From Oligoflexia bacterium (GTDB lineage: Bacteria; Bdellovibrionota; Bdellovibrionia; JABDDW01), in assembly GCA_016715815.1 (NCBI GenBank), contig JADJXN010000014.1:171767-235766 (forward strand): a stretch of DNA of 64,000 nt, written 5' to 3'. Below are positions 1 to 9,445 of the stretch, in pieces; position 1 is the stretch's first letter; each line of letters opens with the position of its first letter. Made by a program: the position numbers and the translations under genes. The notes below the pieces were generated by a model. The model worked only from the letters and a program-made list of their open reading frames with translations. It was not told where the DNA came from and made no database searches.

Positions 1-2
1 TG

Positions 3-884
3 CTTGAAAGAATCCTAATGGGGTTTCTTACTGAGGGGCATATTTTACTTGAAGGGGTGCCGGGGCTAGCTAAAACGCTAACAATTCGCAGCATTGCCGA
101 TAGTATAGATTTAAACTTTCAGCGCATTCAATTTACTCCTGATTTATTACCTTCAGATTTAATAGGTACCATGATTTTTAACCAAAAAACTGGTGAGTTT
201 GCAGTTAAAAAGGGCCCTATTTTTACAAATATTGTTTTAGCCGATGAGATAAACCGTGCTCCTGCAAAAGTTCAATCAGCCCTTCTTGAAGCTATGGCGG
301 AAAAACAAGTGACTATTGGAGATGAAACCCACAAGTTACAAGATCCCTTTTTAGTTTTAGCTACCCAAAATCCCCTTGAGCAAGAAGGAACTTATCCACT
401 GCCTGAAGCACAAATGGATAGGTTTATGTTTAAGGTTTTAGTCACTTACCCAACAAAAGATGACGAAATGGAAATTTTATCTCGCATGACAGCTTTTGAT
501 ATGCCAAGTGTAAGTAAGGTTATTGGCGCTCTGGAGCTGAAAAGGGCAAGACAACTTGTAACAAATATTTATATCGACGATAAAGTGAAGCAGTACATTG
601 TTGATATTGTTATGGCCAGCCGCCAGCCAAAAGAGTTTGGCCTTGATTCAATTTCTAATCTTTTGCAAGTGGGTGGCTCACCAAGGGCTACAATTAATTT
701 AACAAAAAGTGCAAAGGCCCATGCTTTTATTAAAGGTCGTGGGTTTGTCACCCCTGAGGATGTCAAAGCCATTGCCTATGATGTGTTACGCCACAGGCTT
801 ATACTTACCTATGAAGCCGAAGCAGAAGAAATTAAATCCGATGCTGTGATTAGGGAAATTTTAAATAAAATTGAAGTTCCTTAA
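3..884 (+). CDS. MoxR-like AAA+ ATPase, 5' end runs off the window (partial)
   Basis: Reading frame open to window edge; Walker A GVPGLAKT, Walker B-like VLADEINRA; followed by DUF58 and VWA (Bat) genes. Confidence 0.85.
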   Translation, partial: LERILMGFLTEGHILLEGVPGLAKTLTIRSIADSIDLNFQRIQFTPDLLPSDLIGTMIFNQKTGEFAVKKGPIFTNIVLADEINRAPAKVQSALLEAMAEKQVTIGDETHKLQDPFLVLATQNPLEQEGTYPLPEAQMDRFMFKVLVTYPTKDDEMEILSRMTAFDMPSVSKVIGALELKRARQLVTNIYIDDKVKQYIVDIVMASRQPKEFGLDSISNLLQVGGSPRATINLTKSAKAHAFIKGRGFVTPEDVKAIAYDVLRHRLILTYEAEAEEIKSDAVIREILNKIEVP

Positions 885-904
885 GGCTTAAAAAGGATCA
901 ACCC

Positions 905-1795
905 ATGTTGCCAAAAGAAATCCTCAAGCAAGTAAAGCTTCTTGAAATTTCCACAAGAAAAATGGTGAATAATCTTTTCGCTGGTGAGTATCACACAGCT
1001 TTTAAAGGTCAAGGGCTTACCTTTTCAGATTTTAGAGAATATGTTCCAGGGGATGATGTTCGTTCCATTAGTTGGAACTTAACTGCTAAAACTGCAAAGC
1101 CCTTTGTGAAACGCTATGAAGAAGAGCGTGAGCTTACTATGCTTTTATGTGTGGATGTCAGTGGTTCAGGTCTTTTTGGAAGTGGGCAATATTTAAAAGG
1201 TGAAGTGTTAGTTAATCTTGCAGCTGTATTATCTTTTGCTGCTCAGAAAAATAATGACCGAGTGGGGTTATTATTATTTTCAGATCAAATTGAGCATTTT
1301 GTAGTGCCTAAAAAAGGCCGCTACCATGTGCATAGAATTTTGCGAGATTTATTGTATTTCAAACCTCAAAGTTTAAAAACAGATTTTAAAGTAGCCTTTG
1401 ACCACATCAGCCATGTATTAACAAAAAAAGCGACTATATTTGTATTAAGCGATTTTTTGTCATCAAATGAGAAAACTCCTGATTATGTTAAATCTTTAAG
1501 GCTTATTGCAAAAAGACATGATGTCATAGCAGTGGTAGTGGAAGATAATGCTGAAAAATCTTTTCCAGAAGTTGGGCTTATAGATTTTGAGGATTCTGAG
1601 ACGGGAGAGATTGTAACCGTTGATACCTCAAGCCATTTTTTTAAAAAAAGCTACGGGCAAAATTATAAAGCGCTCATTCAAGCTCGTGATGAGAAACTTA
1701 AAAAAAGCCAAGTTGAAATTATTAAGGTAGACACATCGCGCGGGTTTATTGACCCACTAATAAAATTCTTTTCATCAAAACACAAAAAGAGATAA
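905..1795 (+). CDS. DUF58-family protein (MoxR partner, VWA-like)
   Basis: Position immediately after MoxR; LLCVDVSGS motif typical of DUF58/VWA-like fold. Confidence 0.75.
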   Translation: MLPKEILKQVKLLEISTRKMVNNLFAGEYHTAFKGQGLTFSDFREYVPGDDVRSISWNLTAKTAKPFVKRYEEERELTMLLCVDVSGSGLFGSGQYLKGEVLVNLAAVLSFAAQKNNDRVGLLLFSDQIEHFVVPKKGRYHVHRILRDLLYFKPQSLKTDFKVAFDHISHVLTKKATIFVLSDFLSSNEKTPDYVKSLRLIAKRHDVIAVVVEDNAEKSFPEVGLIDFEDSETGEIVTVDTSSHFFKKSYGQNYKALIQARDEKLKKSQVEIIKVDTSRGFIDPLIKFFSSKHKKR

Positions 1796-1801
1796 AACTT
1801 T

Positions 1802-2641
1802 ATGCTACCCTGTGAAATAAAATCTGAAAAAGTAATAACCGTTGGGCAAAAAGGTCTTTTTCAGTGCTTGTTAAACCAAGATCAAAAGGGTGGAAAGCAT
1901 TTTGAGTTTCAAGTACTTGATGCTGCTGAATTTACATTGCAATTTTTGGGAGATGCCCAGCTAAAAGAAAATATTTTAGAGCAAGAATTTACCAGCTACA
2001 AAGTGGGGAATTATAATTTTAATAAAATAAATCTTATTATAGATGGCAAAAGTTTACCTGTTTCCCCCATGCAGTTTGAAGTAAAAACTATTATTACAGA
2101 ACCTTCACCTACGCCTTACCCTTTGATAAGTGCGCAAAAAATTGCAGCCCCTTGGTGGTGGTGGGTTATGTGGGGACTTATTTTAGTGGGGAGTTGTGTT
2201 TACGGTTGGATTCAATTTATAAAGTGGAAAAAAAGAAAGTTCGAAGAAGCTAATAGACCAAAAGTTAAAATATTAACGTCTTTTGAAAAATATAAACTTA
2301 ATCTTCAAAAACTTGAATCCCAAGAGTTTCATCTTAAAGGGGAGTATAAACGCTTTGCACTTGATTTAAGCCAAATTATTAAAAAAGCCATAGGAGAAAA
2401 GCTTAGCTTTTTGGCAGATGATTTAACCACTGAGGAGCTTTTTGAAACTTTAGAGAAAAAACATAAAAAATTTTGGGTACCCGTCCAAGGGGTTATGACA
2501 AACGCATTTATCACCCTTGATCAAATAAAATTTGCCAAAACCCCAGCCACCGCTGAGATGTGCATGGCACTACTTGATGCCTCAAGGCTTATTGGAGATG
2601 AGCTTTATAAAGATGAGGTAAAAGTGGAGGCTGTACAATGA
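1802..2641 (+). CDS. hypothetical single-pass membrane protein of the Bat operon
   Basis: ORF in operon context; hydrophobic segment PWWWWVMWGLILVGSCVYGWI; start overlaps preceding stop. Confidence 0.55.
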   Translation: MLPCEIKSEKVITVGQKGLFQCLLNQDQKGGKHFEFQVLDAAEFTLQFLGDAQLKENILEQEFTSYKVGNYNFNKINLIIDGKSLPVSPMQFEVKTIITEPSPTPYPLISAQKIAAPWWWWVMWGLILVGSCVYGWIQFIKWKKRKFEEANRPKVKILTSFEKYKLNLQKLESQEFHLKGEYKRFALDLSQIIKKAIGEKLSFLADDLTTEELFETLEKKHKKFWVPVQGVMTNAFITLDQIKFAKTPATAEMCMALLDASRLIGDELYKDEVKVEAVQ

Positions 2642-3639
2642 GTTTTGCAACGCCTAGTGCCTTTTTACTTTTAATACCAGTTTTAATTATTTTTATTTTA
2701 AGCTTTATTAATTCTCAAAACTCAAAAGCAAGTTTTAAATTTTCAACTGCCCTTGTGCTTAAAAAAACAGCTCAAACCACACGCAGACAATTTGCTTTTT
2801 TACCCTATTTTTTAAAAACCATAAGCATTGTTCTTTTTGTTGTCGCTCTTGCTCGCCCACAAAAAGCAAACACTAAAGTAAATAGAAGTGTTGAGGGTAT
2901 AGATATTGTCATAGCCATGGACGTTTCAGACAGTATGAAGATTGAAGACATGGAGCCTCAAAATAGATTAGGTGCTGCTAAGCAAACCATTAGAGATTTT
3001 ATAAAAGGCAGAGGCAGTGACCGCATTGGTCTTGTGGTTTTTGCAGGGGAGTCTTATACCCGAGTACCACTTACTTTAGATTATAATATAGTTCTTGATT
3101 CACTCTCTGAAGTGGTGACTACAAATTTAAAGCAAGGCACAGCCATTGGTGTAGCCCTTGCCAATGCTGTTGCACGTATTAAAGATTCAACTGCAAAAAG
3201 TAGAGTTATTATTTTACTCACAGATGGAGAAAATAATAGCGGAACCATAGACCCAGCCACCGCCACAGAAATTGCAAAAGGTTATAATATTAAAGCCTAT
3301 ACAATAGCCATTGGAAGAAGTGGACCGGCGCAAATTCCAGAAGAGGTCACAGATTTGTTTGGTAGAAAAATAAAACAGTATCGCCCCATTCAATCAAACG
3401 TAAATTATGATTTATTACAAAAAATTGCAGAAACCACAGGTGGGAAGTTTTTTAAAGCCACAGATACTGATGCACTAAAACAAGTTTTTGCCACCATTGA
3501 TAAATTAGAGAAAACAAAAATTAATTCTACTCAATATGTTAAGTACACAGAAATGTTTGGAACCTATTTGTTAGCAGCCCTAATGCTTTATGTTTTGCAA
3601 TACTTATTGGCTAAAACCATTTTAAGGAGAAACCCCTAA
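2638..3639 (+). CDS. batA: BatA-like von Willebrand factor A domain membrane protein
   Basis: N-terminal TM helices then VWA MIDAS motif DVSDSM, TDGENN; 4-nt overlap with upstream gene. Confidence 0.8.
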   Translation: MSFATPSAFLLLIPVLIIFILSFINSQNSKASFKFSTALVLKKTAQTTRRQFAFLPYFLKTISIVLFVVALARPQKANTKVNRSVEGIDIVIAMDVSDSMKIEDMEPQNRLGAAKQTIRDFIKGRGSDRIGLVVFAGESYTRVPLTLDYNIVLDSLSEVVTTNLKQGTAIGVALANAVARIKDSTAKSRVIILLTDGENNSGTIDPATATEIAKGYNIKAYTIAIGRSGPAQIPEEVTDLFGRKIKQYRPIQSNVNYDLLQKIAETTGGKFFKATDTDALKQVFATIDKLEKTKINSTQYVKYTEMFGTYLLAALMLYVLQYLLAKTILRRNP

Positions 3640-3663
3640 GATGATTAAATTTGCAAATCCAGA

Positions 3664-4707
3664 ATGGTTGCAGTTTTTTTGGGTTTCTTTGGCCTTAGCC
3701 TTTTTTGGCTTTTATATTTTTTCAAGGGCAAAGAAAAATTTGAAGCCATTTTAGTGAAAAAATATCAATACCTAACAACAAGCTTAAGTCGCCCAAGACG
3801 CCAGGCCCAAATTATTTTACAATGCCTTGTTTTGTTTTTTGTTGCTGTGGCTCTTGCGCGTCCGTTGATGGGTTCTCGCCGAACAGAAATTAAGCAAACG
3901 GGCTTGGAGATTATTTTTGCCATAGATGTTTCAAATAGTATGCTTGCTGAAGATGATAAGCCATCACGGCTGGAGCATGCAAAGCATGAGCTCTCACATC
4001 TTCTTGATCTTTTAAGTTCTGATAGAGTGGGTGTGATTGCCTTTGCTGGAAGTGCTGCTCTTATTTCCCCTATGACAACAGATTACAGCGCTATTAAAAT
4101 GTATGTGAATTCTTTAAGCACAACAACTGTCAGCCAACAAGGAACAAATTTTAAAGCCGTTATTGAAGAAGCCATAAGTGCCTTTGAGCGCGGCGGAATG
4201 GAAGGTGCTGATGGCACACAACCAACTCGTGTATTACTTATCGCTTCAGATGGTGAGGATAATGAGCCTGGCGGCATAAGTATGGTCAAAAAGGCTTTAG
4301 ATAAAGGGATAAGAGTTTTTACTTTAGGTTTTGGTTCTTACAAAGGAGCCCCCATTCCCATCCGAGATGATAGGGGTAATTTAAAAGGTTATAAAAAAGA
4401 TGATAGTGGGCAACCAGTACTAAGTGTGCCTAGTGATGAAGGGCTTAGTAAAATTGCAAGAGCTGGCAATGGAGCTTTTTATCACGCTACGTTTGATGAG
4501 GCAGAAGTGAGAAGTTTAATCTCTGATTTTGATAAACTTCAAAAAGCAGATTTTAAAACTCAATTTTCTACAGATTTTGACGAAAAATTCCAAATCCCAC
4601 TATTCTTAGCGTTTATTCTCGCCATTGTTGAAATTTTAGTTGGAGACAAAAAACGATCAGTTTTTTCATGGAAGGGGCGTTTTGCAACAGGAGTGAGCGC
4701 AACATGA
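3664..4707 (+). CDS. batB: BatB-like von Willebrand factor A domain membrane protein
   Basis: TM helices, MIDAS motif DVSNSM, ASDGEDN. Confidence 0.8.
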   Translation: MVAVFLGFFGLSLFWLLYFFKGKEKFEAILVKKYQYLTTSLSRPRRQAQIILQCLVLFFVAVALARPLMGSRRTEIKQTGLEIIFAIDVSNSMLAEDDKPSRLEHAKHELSHLLDLLSSDRVGVIAFAGSAALISPMTTDYSAIKMYVNSLSTTTVSQQGTNFKAVIEEAISAFERGGMEGADGTQPTRVLLIASDGEDNEPGGISMVKKALDKGIRVFTLGFGSYKGAPIPIRDDRGNLKGYKKDDSGQPVLSVPSDEGLSKIARAGNGAFYHATFDEAEVRSLISDFDKLQKADFKTQFSTDFDEKFQIPLFLAFILAIVEILVGDKKRSVFSWKGRFATGVSAT

Positions 4708-5417
4708 AACGACTTTTATTTTTAAGTATATTTTTATGTGCGTTTGCACCACCTTCAATACAAACAAATAACGACGGAGTTAAAAGTTTTGAACAAGAAA
4801 ATTACAACGAAGCTTTTAATAAATTTGTAGAAGCCCTTTCAAAAGCCCCTGAAAATGCTTTGATGCATTTTAATTTAGCAAACACATTTCATAAAAATAA
4901 AGAAACAAAAAAAGCCCTCACTGAACTTGAAGCCGTTGAAGCCATGGGAACAGCAGATGATGAAACAAAATACATGGCTATGTTTAACGCTGGCAATATG
5001 GCCGTTGAGGCAAAAGATTTGCCAAAGGCAATGGATTATTATCAAAAAGCACTTAAATATAAGCCTGATTCCAAAGAAGTAAAAACAAATATTGAGCTAG
5101 CCTTAAAGCAAGAACAGGGCGGCGGTGGTGGTGGTGGCGATAACGATCAAGAGCAAAATCAAGAGGACAAAGATAATAAAGACGGGAAAGACGGAAAAGA
5201 CAATAAAGATAAAAAACAAGACCCCAAAAATAATGAAAACAAAGATGACAAACAGGGCCAAAAAAAGCAGCCGCAACCTTTTAAAAGTAAAGACTTGAAT
5301 GAGAGCGATGTTAGGCGCATTCTAGAAGAGTTAAAGAGACAAGAAAATGAAATCAGAGCAAAGAGCCAAAAAAATAAGCCATCCAAAGAGGAGCCCGCTA
5401 GTGGCAAAGATTGGTAA
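4704..5417 (+). CDS. batC: BatC-like TPR protein with Gly/Lys/Asp-rich low-complexity tail (start taken at internal ATG overlapping batB stop as ATGA)
   Basis: Signal-like N-terminus MKRLLFLSIFLCAF, TPR-like helices, GGGGGGG then KD-rich tract. Confidence 0.7.
   Translation: MKRLLFLSIFLCAFAPPSIQTNNDGVKSFEQENYNEAFNKFVEALSKAPENALMHFNLANTFHKNKETKKALTELEAVEAMGTADDETKYMAMFNAGNMAVEAKDLPKAMDYYQKALKYKPDSKEVKTNIELALKQEQGGGGGGGDNDQEQNQEDKDNKDGKDGKDNKDKKQDPKNNENKDDKQGQKKQPQPFKSKDLNESDVRRILEELKRQENEIRAKSQKNKPSKEEPASGKDW
5104..5290 (+). repeat. simple-sequence/low-complexity tract inside batC (GGN repeats then AAR/GAY-rich)
   Basis: ggcggcggtggtggtggtggc followed by repeated aaagac/aaagat codons. Confidence 0.6.
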
Positions 5418-7335
5418 CATTTTTTTTACTTTCATTTTAGCTTTTTCTTTAAACGCATTAGGCGATATCCGAATCGATGCCACTGTTGACCAAACTGAAG
5501 TGACAACAGAGGACATTATTACTTTAAGCATCACTGTCTCAAGTGATACAGATGTGAGCGATACATCTCCACTTCTTCCAGATCTTAATGGTTTTGAAAT
5601 AATGGGAAGCTTTAACCAGCAACAGATGAGTAGTGTTTTTCAAAATGGAAAGTTTCAAACACATAGAAAAATTATTTATAAATATAAATTAAATCCACAA
5701 CAAACTGGTGAGCTCACTATTGGTAAAGCCAAGCTTGAAGTTAATGGCCAGGTTTTAGAAACAAAACCAATTAAAATTAAAGTACTTGCTGCAGGCTCTG
5801 GGCCAAAAAATCAACAATCACCTCAGTCTCAACAAAAAAGAGGCTATAGCCAACCACAACAACAAGATGATGACAAAAGCGGCTTCCCGCCTGGCTTCCC
5901 AGGTTTTGATGATGAAGACGATCTATTTAACCAACTCTTAAGACGCCGTGGCTTTACTTTAGATAACAAAGGTGGGGTTAAATCAAACCCGCAGCCTGAT
6001 AGAAATGCTTTTTATATAACCGTTGAGGCAAATAAAAAACGAGCCTATGTGGGGGAGCAAGTTATTGCCAAATGGACTCTTTATACTAAAGGAGCCATAC
6101 AATCTTTTGATGCATTAAAGTACCCAGAGCTCAAAGGTTTTTGGAAAGAAGATTTAGAAATTGCCCAAAAACTTAATTTTGAACAAGAAATAATAAACGG
6201 TGTAACCTACAACAAAGCAGTGCTTGTATCTTATGCTCTTTTTCCAATTTCCGCTGGTAAAAAAACAATAGATCAATTTAGAGCCAAAGCTACTGTCATT
6301 GATACCGCTTCTTCAGGGCTTGGTGTTTTTGGCATTGGAAGACCAATGACTTTTGTTAAAGCCAGTGAAGAGCTTCCTATTGATGTAGTGGCTCTTCCAA
6401 CTCAAGGCAGACCTTCTTCTTTTTCAGGTGCCGTTGGAAAATTTAATATTAGTGCTGCATTAAGCTCCCAAGCTGCTAAAGTTAACCAGCCATTAAGTTT
6501 AAAAATAAAATTTTCAGGGCGAGGCAATGTCAAAGCCATCGAGCTTCCGCCATTAAACCTTCCTAACTCGCTTGAAGTTTACGATACTAAAAAAGAAGCC
6601 ATTTATAATAAAACTGGCGATGGCTCTATGGAATTTGAAGTGCTTATTATTCCAAGAAATGCGGGGGATGTTAGTATACCAAGTATTTCTTTAAGCTATT
6701 TTGACCCACAAACAGCTAAATATGTAACCCAATCCACACCTGAGTTTAAGCTTAAAGTTTTACCGGGAGATGGTAATGCCTCATCCGCTGCAAGTGGTTT
6801 GCAATTAGATCCCGCACTTCAAGTGGCAACGGCTAAAGATGTAAGGCCTGTTAAAACAACAGCAGATTTTATTTTGCCACCTAATATTGCAAAAACCATT
6901 TGGGTTTTAATGTTTTTAATTCCCACATTGTGGTTTACCTATAGGGTTAGAAAAATTTTAAATAAAGACAAACTTAATCTAAGACAATTAATTAGAAAAA
7001 AATCTAAACAAAAAATTAAAGAAGCCAAGAAGAAGCTTTCTCTGGGAGACCATAGAAGTTGTGGAGTTGAATTAAATAACGCCATTTTAATGGTGCTTGG
7101 CGAAATTGCAAAAACAGGAGCTGGTGCAAAAACAGTTGAGGAGATTTTAAATTATCTGCCGCAAATTTCAAATGAGCAAAAAGAAAAAATTAATCAGTTT
7201 ATTCAAAAGTGTCACACAATGAGTTTTGCTCCAAAAGAATTAATATCAAAAATTGATCAGAAAATTATTTCAGAGGCGGAAGATTTAGTTGAAGATCTTT
7301 TAAAATACCTAAACACCACGGATGTAAAGTCTTAA
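5401..7335 (+). CDS. batD: BatD-like oxygen-tolerance protein (start placed at GTG 5401 after AGAGGAG RBS; ORF track starts at 5347)
   Basis: Signal peptide IFFTFILAFSLNALG, C-terminal TM helix, operon position after BatA/B/C. Confidence 0.65.
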   Translation: MAKIGNIFFTFILAFSLNALGDIRIDATVDQTEVTTEDIITLSITVSSDTDVSDTSPLLPDLNGFEIMGSFNQQQMSSVFQNGKFQTHRKIIYKYKLNPQQTGELTIGKAKLEVNGQVLETKPIKIKVLAAGSGPKNQQSPQSQQKRGYSQPQQQDDDKSGFPPGFPGFDDEDDLFNQLLRRRGFTLDNKGGVKSNPQPDRNAFYITVEANKKRAYVGEQVIAKWTLYTKGAIQSFDALKYPELKGFWKEDLEIAQKLNFEQEIINGVTYNKAVLVSYALFPISAGKKTIDQFRAKATVIDTASSGLGVFGIGRPMTFVKASEELPIDVVALPTQGRPSSFSGAVGKFNISAALSSQAAKVNQPLSLKIKFSGRGNVKAIELPPLNLPNSLEVYDTKKEAIYNKTGDGSMEFEVLIIPRNAGDVSIPSISLSYFDPQTAKYVTQSTPEFKLKVLPGDGNASSAASGLQLDPALQVATAKDVRPVKTTADFILPPNIAKTIWVLMFLIPTLWFTYRVRKILNKDKLNLRQLIRKKSKQKIKEAKKKLSLGDHRSCGVELNNAILMVLGEIAKTGAGAKTVEEILNYLPQISNEQKEKINQFIQKCHTMSFAPKELISKIDQKIISEAEDLVEDLLKYLNTTDVKS

Positions 7336-8136
7336 AATAGAGAAAAACATTTTAATACTATCTTTTATAAAATGCACTTTGGAATGTTTTGAGTTAATCC
7401 ATTGAACAGGCATTGATTTAACTTTAAAACCTAATTTTTTAGCCCTTAATAAAATTTCCACATCAAAAGCAAAATCATAAGTTTTTAAATTTTCAAACAA
7501 GAGCTTTACTGATTGTTTTTTAAACATTTTAAACCCGCACTGAGTATCCTTAATGCCCTTTAAAACTAATAGTTGAACTAAGAAATTAAAAAACTCCCCT
7601 GCCTTTTGGCGAAAATAATTTTGTCTTTTTATAATTTTACTTTTTATATTTTTTCTATCCCCAATGAGAAGATCAAAGCTTGGGTCAGCCTGGGCTTCAG
7701 CTAAAAAATTAACCACTTCCACAAGAGGGGTGGATAAATCTACGTCCATATAAAACACATATTCGCCAATTGCATTAAGCATCCCAGTTTTTACCGCATA
7801 GCCTTTACCTAAGTGCACATTGTTATAAATAAGTTTAATGTTTGAGCAATCATCAATGGCAGCTTTTGCTACTTTAAAAGTGTCATCATTTGATTTTTCT
7901 ACAACTATCAGGGCTTCCCACCCACTGCCAAAGCGAGAAAAAAAACTTTTTAAATCTAAAATGCATTGTTTAATGCGCGACTGCTCGTTATAGGCGGGGA
8001 TAACGATTGAAAGTAGTGGGGTAACCATGACAGAATTGTTAGCTATGAAGTCACTTATGTCATTAGAAAAAGTTGATATTAAACTTATACTTATACTCTT
8101 GGTTGGTTTTTTGTTTCGAATATTGCTTATAAACAT
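7309..8136 (-). CDS. family 2 glycosyltransferase (polyprenyl-phosphate sugar synthase-like)
   Basis: SIVIPAYNE and YMDVDLS motifs typical of GT2 DPM1/ArnC-like enzymes. Confidence 0.75.
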   Translation of the reverse strand: MFISNIRNKKPTKSISISLISTFSNDISDFIANNSVMVTPLLSIVIPAYNEQSRIKQCILDLKSFFSRFGSGWEALIVVEKSNDDTFKVAKAAIDDCSNIKLIYNNVHLGKGYAVKTGMLNAIGEYVFYMDVDLSTPLVEVVNFLAEAQADPSFDLLIGDRKNIKSKIIKRQNYFRQKAGEFFNFLVQLLVLKGIKDTQCGFKMFKKQSVKLLFENLKTYDFAFDVEILLRAKKLGFKVKSMPVQWINSKHSKVHFIKDSIKMFFSILRLYIRGV

Positions 8137-9439
8137 TAAGCCCCCTCATTTTGATGAAGGGGTAAATGGTTGGTTTGTTGACCAAATATTTTTAAATGGG
8201 TTTTTCAAGTATGATCCTACTAATTACCATGGGCCTTTACATTTTTATATTTTAGCATTTTTTAAACTTTTTTTAGGACGCTCTCTTTTAATGTTACGGC
8301 TAAGTTCTATCCTTTTTGGAGTAGGGGTTGTTTATTTAAGTACTAAAATAATTAAGGAAGATAAAAAAGCCTATCATTTAAGCGCCCTTTTATTAGCACT
8401 TTCCCCTGGTATGATTTTTTTTAGCCGTTATGGCATTCATGAAATGGGATTTTTGTTTTTTTCTCTACTAACTATTTATAGCTACATAAATAAAAAAAAT
8501 AACCTACTTGTCTTTGGCTTTTTGGGAATGCTTTTAATGAAAGAAACATGGATTATTTTTATCTTTTGTTTATTTTTAGCTGTTTATTTCTCTAAAATTA
8601 TTTACCCAATAAAACCTAAGTTTTTACCAACTTTATGTGCAGTTATTTTATTTATATTATTTTACTCTGGTTTTTTTAAAAACCCTCAAGGTGTCATTGA
8701 TTTTTTTAAAACCTTTACCCACTGGTTTCAGACGGGCGTTAGGGGGAATGGCCATGAGAAAGAATTTTTATATTGGTTAAAATTATTTTACCGTTATGAG
8801 CCTTTTGCTGTGGTGGGTATACTTGGTTGTATAAAGTATCTCTTTTTAAAAAATTCAAAATTAAAGTTTATATCTGTGTTTGGCTTGGCACAATTTTTTA
8901 TTTATTCTTTAATACCTTACAAAACACCGTGGTGTGCTGTTCAGCTTTTGTGGCCCTTTTATATAATGGCTGTAGTTTTATTTTTAGATTTTTTTAAGAA
9001 TAAATCATTGCTCTTAAAAACCGCAATGATTACAAGTTTTGTGATTTTAATTGGTTCAACAATGTCAAGGGCCATTAGCTTAAACTATATTCACTATACA
9101 AATGAAGAGGAGCCCTATGTTTACGTTCAAACCTTTAATGATATTAAAAATGTTATGGCAAAAATTCTTAAAATGCCCAAGGATTCATTAACCATTGCCA
9201 TAGCCCTTGAAAGTAATTGGCCCCTACCTTGGCTTTTAGGAGATTATTCAAAGACAACCTATTATGAACCCCAATCTGAGTTAAAAGCTAAGGAAGATGT
9301 AGTTTTTTGCGATGCTTCTTTGTGTGAGGAGCTAAAAAATACAGCATTTAAGGACTATTTTGCCCAAAAAATTAAATTAAGAGCCTCTATGGAAGAGGTT
9401 ATTGTTTATTTCTCTAAGAAAAAGTTTAAAAATAACTAA
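8027..9439 (+). CDS. GT-C type membrane glycosyltransferase (ArnT/PMT-like); true start probably downstream of 8027
   Basis: Polytopic membrane protein; divergent from GT2 gene; ORF 5' end overlaps the GT2 gene on the opposite strand. Confidence 0.6.
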   Translation: MTELLAMKSLMSLEKVDIKLILILLVGFLFRILLINIKPPHFDEGVNGWFVDQIFLNGFFKYDPTNYHGPLHFYILAFFKLFLGRSLLMLRLSSILFGVGVVYLSTKIIKEDKKAYHLSALLLALSPGMIFFSRYGIHEMGFLFFSLLTIYSYINKKNNLLVFGFLGMLLMKETWIIFIFCLFLAVYFSKIIYPIKPKFLPTLCAVILFILFYSGFFKNPQGVIDFFKTFTHWFQTGVRGNGHEKEFLYWLKLFYRYEPFAVVGILGCIKYLFLKNSKLKFISVFGLAQFFIYSLIPYKTPWCAVQLLWPFYIMAVVLFLDFFKNKSLLLKTAMITSFVILIGSTMSRAISLNYIHYTNEEEPYVYVQTFNDIKNVMAKILKMPKDSLTIAIALESNWPLPWLLGDYSKTTYYEPQSELKAKEDVVFCDASLCEELKNTAFKDYFAQKIKLRASMEEVIVYFSKKKFKNN

Positions 9440-9445
9440 ATAAAA

